NCBI GenBank assembly: GCA_950097015.1
Contig: CATNEN010000003.1
Location: 6,014,001-6,078,000, forward strand
Direction: 5' to 3'
Source: Macrostomum hystrix
Lineage: Eukaryota; Animalia; Platyhelminthes
Length of the DNA stretch: 64,000 nt
Each line of letters opens with the position of its first letter. Position 1 is the first letter of the stretch. The notes below the pieces were generated by a model that searched no databases, was not told where the DNA came from, and worked only from the letters and a program-made list of their open reading frames with translations. Positions 58,175 to 64,000 of the stretch are shown one piece after another. Position numbers and translations under genes: made by a program.

Positions 58175-59240
58175 TTTCTCTCTAATCTTCTCTCTCCTCT
58201 CTTATCTTCTCTCTCATCTCTCATCTTCTCTCTCATCTCTCATCTTCTCTCTCATCTCTCATCTTCTCTCTCATCTCTCTTATCTTCTCTCTCCTCTTTT
58301 ATCTTCTCTCTCATCTCTCATCTTCTCTCTCATCTCTCATCTTCTCTCTCATCTCTCTTATCTTCTCTCTCCTCTTTTATCTTCTCTCTCATCTCTCATC
58401 TTCTCTCTCATCTCTCATCTTCTCTCTCATCTCTCTTATCTTCTCTCTCCTCTTTTATCTTCTCTCTCATCTCTCATCTTCTCTCTCATCTCTCATCTTC
58501 TCTCTCATCTCTCATCTTCTCTCTCATCTCTCTTATCTTCTCTCTCCTCTTTTATCTTCTTTCTCATCTCTCATCTTCTCTCTCATCTCTCATCTTCTCT
58601 CTCATCTCTCATCTTCATTCTCTTCTCTGATCTTCTCTCTCCTCTCTCATCTTCTCTCTCATCTCTCATCTTCTCTCTCATCTCTCATCTTCTCTCTCAT
58701 CTCTTATCTTCTCTATCATCTCTCATCTTCTCTCTCATCTCTCATCTTCTCTCTCATCTCTCATCTTCTCTCTCATCTCTCTTATCTTCTCTCTCCTCTT
58801 TTATCTTCTCTCTCCTCTCTTATCTTCTCTCTCCTCTCTCATCTTCTCTCTCCTCTCTTATCTTCTCTCTCCTCTCTTATCTTCTCTCTCCTCTCTCATC
58901 TTCTCTCTCCTCTCTCATCTTCTCTCTCCTCTCTCATCTTTTCTCTCCTCTTTTATATTCTCTCTTATCTCTTGTATTCTCTCTCCTCTCTTATATTTTC
59001 TCTTCTCTCTTATCATCTCTCTTCTCTCTTATCTTTTCTCTCCTCTCTTATCTTCTCTACTCTTTCATTTTTCTCTCTCCTTTTTTATCTTCTCTCTCAT
59101 CTCTCATCTCATCTCTCATCTTCTCTCTCATCTCACATCTTCTCTCTCATCTCTTATCTAATCTCTCATCTTCTCTCTCATCTCTCATCTCATCTCTCAT
59201 CTTCTCTCTCATCTCTCATATTCTCTCTCTTTTATTTTCT
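58175..59240. repeat. Pyrimidine-rich array CTCATCTTCTCTCTCATCT
   Basis: C/T-rich tandem tract in the last SLC17 intron. Confidence 0.92.
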
Positions 59241-59326
59241 CTCATGTTCTGTCCTCTTTTTTACCGATTATCTTTACTTTTACCACAGAAATTTAAACAG
59301 AACAGAACAATATCAATCTCCTTTAG

Positions 59327-59597
59327 TCTAATATCCCTGTCTATGGGCCTATCGGCGTGTAATTCGTCCGGCCACCTGGCTAATCACGCCGACGTCGCGC
59401 CCGGACACGCCGGTGTGACATTTGCCGTCTCGAATGTGTTTGCCACGATTCCCGGCGTTCTCTGCGGCCCATTAACGGCAGAATTAGTTACTAAGAGCGG
59501 CGGGCGCTGGTTCCCAGTTTATATCCTGGCCGGCCTAATGAACCTAGTCGGCGCTGTTGTCTACGCTAGCCAAAGCTCAGCGTCACAGATTTTGTAG
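59327..59597 (+). CDS. SLC17-family transporter terminal exon
   Basis: ctttag|T CTA in phase 2. Translates NHADVAPGHAGVTFAVSNVFATIPG...W..VY; stop TAG at 59597. Confidence 0.93.
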
Positions 59598-60254
59598 CGC
59601 CTAACATAAATAAGCGCTTCATACTACTGCTTGTGACATAGTAGTATGTAAAGAATTTTTTATGTAAAAAAATCTTTTTTAAACTGGAGAAGTTACCCGA
59701 AGGTCCGGAGTTCGAATCTGAGCTAAAGAATTATTTAAATAAAATACTAAATTCCGGAGTGTTTTAGTTCCAAAAAATTATCAGGGCTAGAAATTTTAAC
59801 AGCTGTACGCAGCTTTTGAAAGCGCCAATCACTGTACATATACGACAGTCTTCGATCTAGCTGAAAAGCTTGTAATAAACATTGTTTTCGATACATATAG
59901 GCCAGATTAAATCAGAACGATTTTAGATAGAAAAGTTTTTTCCCAGACGAACTACTGTAATCAGTAAAAAATAACTAGTAGTATATATTGCGTTTTTCTC
60001 TTTCAAAAGGTAAAGCTTATAGAAAAGTTTGCGCTTTTTTCTAACTTGTTTCAATGGTTTCTCTGCCTTAGTCTGTTCCTTTTTGTCTGCTGATCTTTTC
60101 TTATGTTTTTTTTGCATTTTTTAGATTTGGGATGCTTACCCTATTAGCAGTTTTATTTATTTTCATGCGACTTGTAGGTAATTGTTGAGGCGAGTGCTAC
60201 TACGATTCTAATTTTACTGAATAATTATTATATTCCCTCATATTTTCTTACTCA

Positions 60255-61020
60255 TCATCTACTCTCACCCTCCACTCTCATCCACTACTATTAGCCTCTA
60301 CTCCCACCCTCTACTCTCGCCCTCTAATCTCACCCTCTAATCTCACCCTCTAATCTCACCCTCTACTCTCACCCTCTACTCTCACCCTCTACTCTTAGAC
60401 TCTACTCCCACCCTCTACTCCCACCCTCCACTCTCATCCGCTACTCTTAGCCTCTACTCCCACCCTCTACTCTTGCCCTCTAATCTCACCCTCTAATCTC
60501 ACCCTCTACTCTCACCCTCTACTCTCATCCGCTACTCTTAGCCTCTACTCCCACCCTCTACTCTCGCCCTCCAATCTCACCCTCTACCTTCAGTCTCTAC
60601 TCTCAGTCACTCCTCTCACCCTCTACTCTTAGCCTCTACTCCCACCCTCTACTCTCACCCTCTACTCTCACCCTCTACTCTCACCCTCCACTCTCATCCG
60701 CTACTCACTCTCATCCGCTACTCACTTTCATCCGCTACTCACTCTCATCCGCTACTCACTCTCATCCGCTACTCTTAGCCTCTACTCCCACCCTCTACTC
60801 TCATCCTCTACTCTTAGCCTCTACTACCACCCTGTACTCCCACCCTCAACTCTCACCCTCTACTCCCGCCCTCTACTCTCACCCTCTACTCTCACCCTCT
60901 ACTCTTAGCCTCTACTCTCACCCTCTACTCTCACCCTCTACTCTCACCCTCTACTCTTAGCCTCTACTCTCACCCTCTACTCTCACCCTATACTCTCACC
61001 CTATACTCCCACCCTATACT
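60255..61020. repeat. 13-bp array CTCTACTCTCACC
   Basis: Tandem variants. Confidence 0.92.
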
Positions 61021-61666
61021 CGCAGCCAGTTCTGTTATCCGGGACACATATGCACTGATTTCGGAAGCTGGCAAATAGGTTTAAGTATTTTCTGTGTCCG
61101 GAAATTGTGTCTGACAGTTGATTGCTTTATAATTGTACTGCTTTCTTATCTATGCTGTGCAATTAATTATGCTTTTTTTCATACTAGACTTACTGATTTT
61201 GATTTCATTGGCTGTCTCACTAGTAAATTGGATGCTTTAAAATTGACACACGTTTAAACGGAAATGTATTTCGTTAGATTTTTTGTTTTGTTTAACTAGT
61301 GTATTAATTGTCCAATTCTGTGAATGAATGTTATATTGTAATGATTAAATTAATTAATAATGTAATGCCTGATATACAATATTGTGAAGGAAACATGCAA
61401 TTTCTAGCTGTGCTTCTTTGCTTTCTTTACTAAATCAGTATTTTTTATGTGGCTGCATTTTGATTGGATGGCATAGTATAAGGTTATTCCTATAAGGCTA
61501 TATATAGGTTCTGCACGTTATTGTGTGATTGATAAATAATTTAAACTTTAAAGGCAATTTATATACTTGCAAATAATTCAATTGTCAGCATCTTTCAAAG
61601 TTCAAATTTTAAGTAAGTTTTTTATTCAGAAATATACTATTTCTAGTTGTACGATACAATCGCTTT

Positions 61667-64000
61667 TAGATTAGGGAAATCTCTAGTTTGTAGATTGGGG
61701 GAAATCTCTAGTTTGTAGATTAGGGAAATCTGTAGTTTGTAGATTGGGTGAAATCTCTAGTTTGTAAATTAGGGAAATCTCTAGTTTGTAGATTAGGGAA
61801 ATCTCTAGTTTGTAGATTAGGGGAAATCTCTAGCTTGTAGATTAGGGAAATCTCTAGTTTGTAGATTGGGTGAAATCTCTAGTTTGTAAATTAGGGAAAT
61901 CTCTAGTTTGTAAATTAGGGAAATCTCTAGTTTGTAGATTAGGGAAATCTCTAGTTTGTAGATTGGGTGAAATCTCTAGTTTGTAAATTAGGGAAATCTC
62001 TAGTTTGTAGATTAGGGAAATCTCTAGTTTGTAGATTAGGGAAATCTCTAGTTTGTAGATTAGGGAAATCTCTAGTCTGTAGATTAGGGAAATCTCTAGT
62101 TTGTAGATTAGGGAAATATCTAGCTTGTAGATTAGGCAAGTCTCTAATTTGTAGATTAGGGAAATCTCTAGTTTGTAGATTAGGGAAATCTCTAGTTTGT
62201 AGATTAGGGAAATCTCTTTTTTGTAGATTAGGGAAATCTCTAGTTTGTAGATTAGGGAAATCTCTTTTTTGTAGATTAGGGAAATCTCTAGTTTGTAGAT
62301 TAGGGAAATCTGTAGTTTGTAGATTAGGGAAATATCTAGCTTGTAGATTAGGGAAATATCTAGCTTGTAGATTAGGCAAGTCTCTAATTTGTAGATTAGG
62401 GAAATCTCTAGTTTGTAGATTAGGGAAATATCTAGTTTGTAGATTAGGGAAATATCTAGCTTGTAGATTAGGGAAATATCTAGTTTGTAGATTAGGGAAA
62501 TCTCTAGCTTGTAGATTAGGGAAATCTCTAGTTTGTAGATTAGGGAAATCTCTAGTTAGTAGATTAGGCAAGTCTCTAGTTTGTAGATTACGGAAATCTC
62601 TAGTTTGTAGATTAGGGAAATCTCTAGCTTGTAGATTAGGGAAATCTCTAGTTTGTAGATTAGGGAAATCTCTAGCTTGTAGATTAGGGAAATCTCTAGT
62701 TTGTAGATTAGGGAAATCTCTAGTTTGTAGATTAGGCAAGTCTCTAGTTTGTAGATTAGGAAAATCTCTAGTTTGTAGATTAGGGAAATATCTAGCTTGT
62801 AGATTAGGGAAAGTCTCTAGTCTGTAGATTAGGGAAATCTCTAGTTTGTAGATTAGGGAAATATCTAGTTTGTAGATTAGGGAAATCTCTAGTTTGTAGA
62901 TTAGGGAAATCTCTAGTTTGTAGATTAGGAAAATCTCTAGTTTGTAGATTAGGGAAATCTCTAGTTTGTAGATTAGGGAAATCTCTAGCTTGTAGATTAG
63001 GGAAATCTCTAGTTTGTAGATTAGGGAAATCTCTAGTTTGTAGATAAGGCAAGTCTCTAGTTTGTAGATTAGGAAAATCTCTAGTTTGTAGATTAGGGAA
63101 ATATCTAGCTTGTAGATTAGGGAAAGTCTCTAGTCTGTAGATTAGGGAAATCTCTAGTTTTTAGATTAGGGAAATATCTAGCTTGTAGATTAGGGAAATC
63201 TCTAGTTTCTAGATTTGGAAAATCTCTAGTTTGTAGATTAGGGAAATCTCTAGTTTGTAGATTAGGGAAATCTCTAGTTTGTAGATTAGGGAAATCTCTA
63301 GTTTGTAGATTAGGGAAATATCTAGCTTGTAGATTAGGGGAAGTCTCTAGTCTGTAGATTAGGGAAATCTCTAGTTTGTAGATTAGGGAAATATCTAGCT
63401 TGTAGATTAGGGAAATCTCTAGTTTCTAGATTTGGAAAATCTCTAGTTTGTAGATTAGGGAAATCTCTAGTTTGTAGATTAGGGAAATCTCTAGTTTGTA
63501 GATTAGGGAAATCTCTAGTTTGTAGATTAGGGAAATCTCTAGTTTGTAGATTAGGGAAATCTCTAGTTTGTAGATTAGGGAAATCTCTAGTTTGTAGATT
63601 AGGGAAATCTCTAGTTTGTAGATTAGGCAAGTCTCTAATTTGTAGATTAGGGAAATCTCTAGTTTGTCGATTAGGGAAATCTCTAGTTTGTAGATTAGGG
63701 AAATCTCTAGTTTGTAGATTAGGGAAATCTCTAGTTTGTAGATTAGGCAAGTCTCTAATTTGTAGATTGGGTGAAATCTCTAGTTTGTAAATTAGGGAAA
63801 TCTCTAGTTTGTAGATTAGGGAAATCTCTAGTTTGTAGATTAGGGAAATCTCTAGTTTGTAGATTAGGGAAATCTCTAGTCTGTAGATTAGGGAAATCTC
63901 TAGTTTGTAGATTAGGGAAATCTCTAGTTAGTAGATTAGGCAAGTCTCTAGTTTGTAGATTACGGAAATCTCTAGTTTGTAGATTAGGGAAATCTCTAGC
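61667..64000. repeat. 24-bp satellite GTAGATTAGGGAAATCTCTAGTTT (runs off the window)
   Basis: More than 2.3 kb of tandem copies; the consensus unit contains TTAGGG. Confidence 0.97.

Overview
Repeat-rich genomic DNA from an animal, probably an invertebrate; the taxon cannot be fixed from the sequence. It has spliceosomal GT-AG introns and four well-supported protein genes. (1) The 3' part of a CDKL1-type kinase (+, 588-8944; 5' exons lie outside the window). (2) An SLC9B/NHA Na+/H+ antiporter (+, 4 coding exons, 29904-43110, about 768 aa). (3) An orphan single-pass membrane protein with cytoplasmic tyrosine motifs (-, 48417-49202). (4) An SLC17-family MFS anion transporter (+, 5 coding exons, 53378-59597, about 436 aa). 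A near-identical 9.34-kb head-to-tail duplication (8153-17495 / 17498-26831) copies the kinase's last exon. The duplicated unit also holds a segment that reads either as a decayed Academ-like transposon or as a hidden 7-exon, micro-exon, Cys-rich secreted-protein gene. More than 20 distinct micro/minisatellite arrays fill introns and spacers, and many share an AGATT/AATCT core. Also present are tRNA-headed SINEs, a hAT-type MITE with an 8-bp TSD nested in an element ending in a histone-type 3' stem-loop, a locally CpG-eroded domain, and four phased CRE palindromes. Most ORFs in the supplied track are repeat artefacts. All exon models and counts were made by eye.
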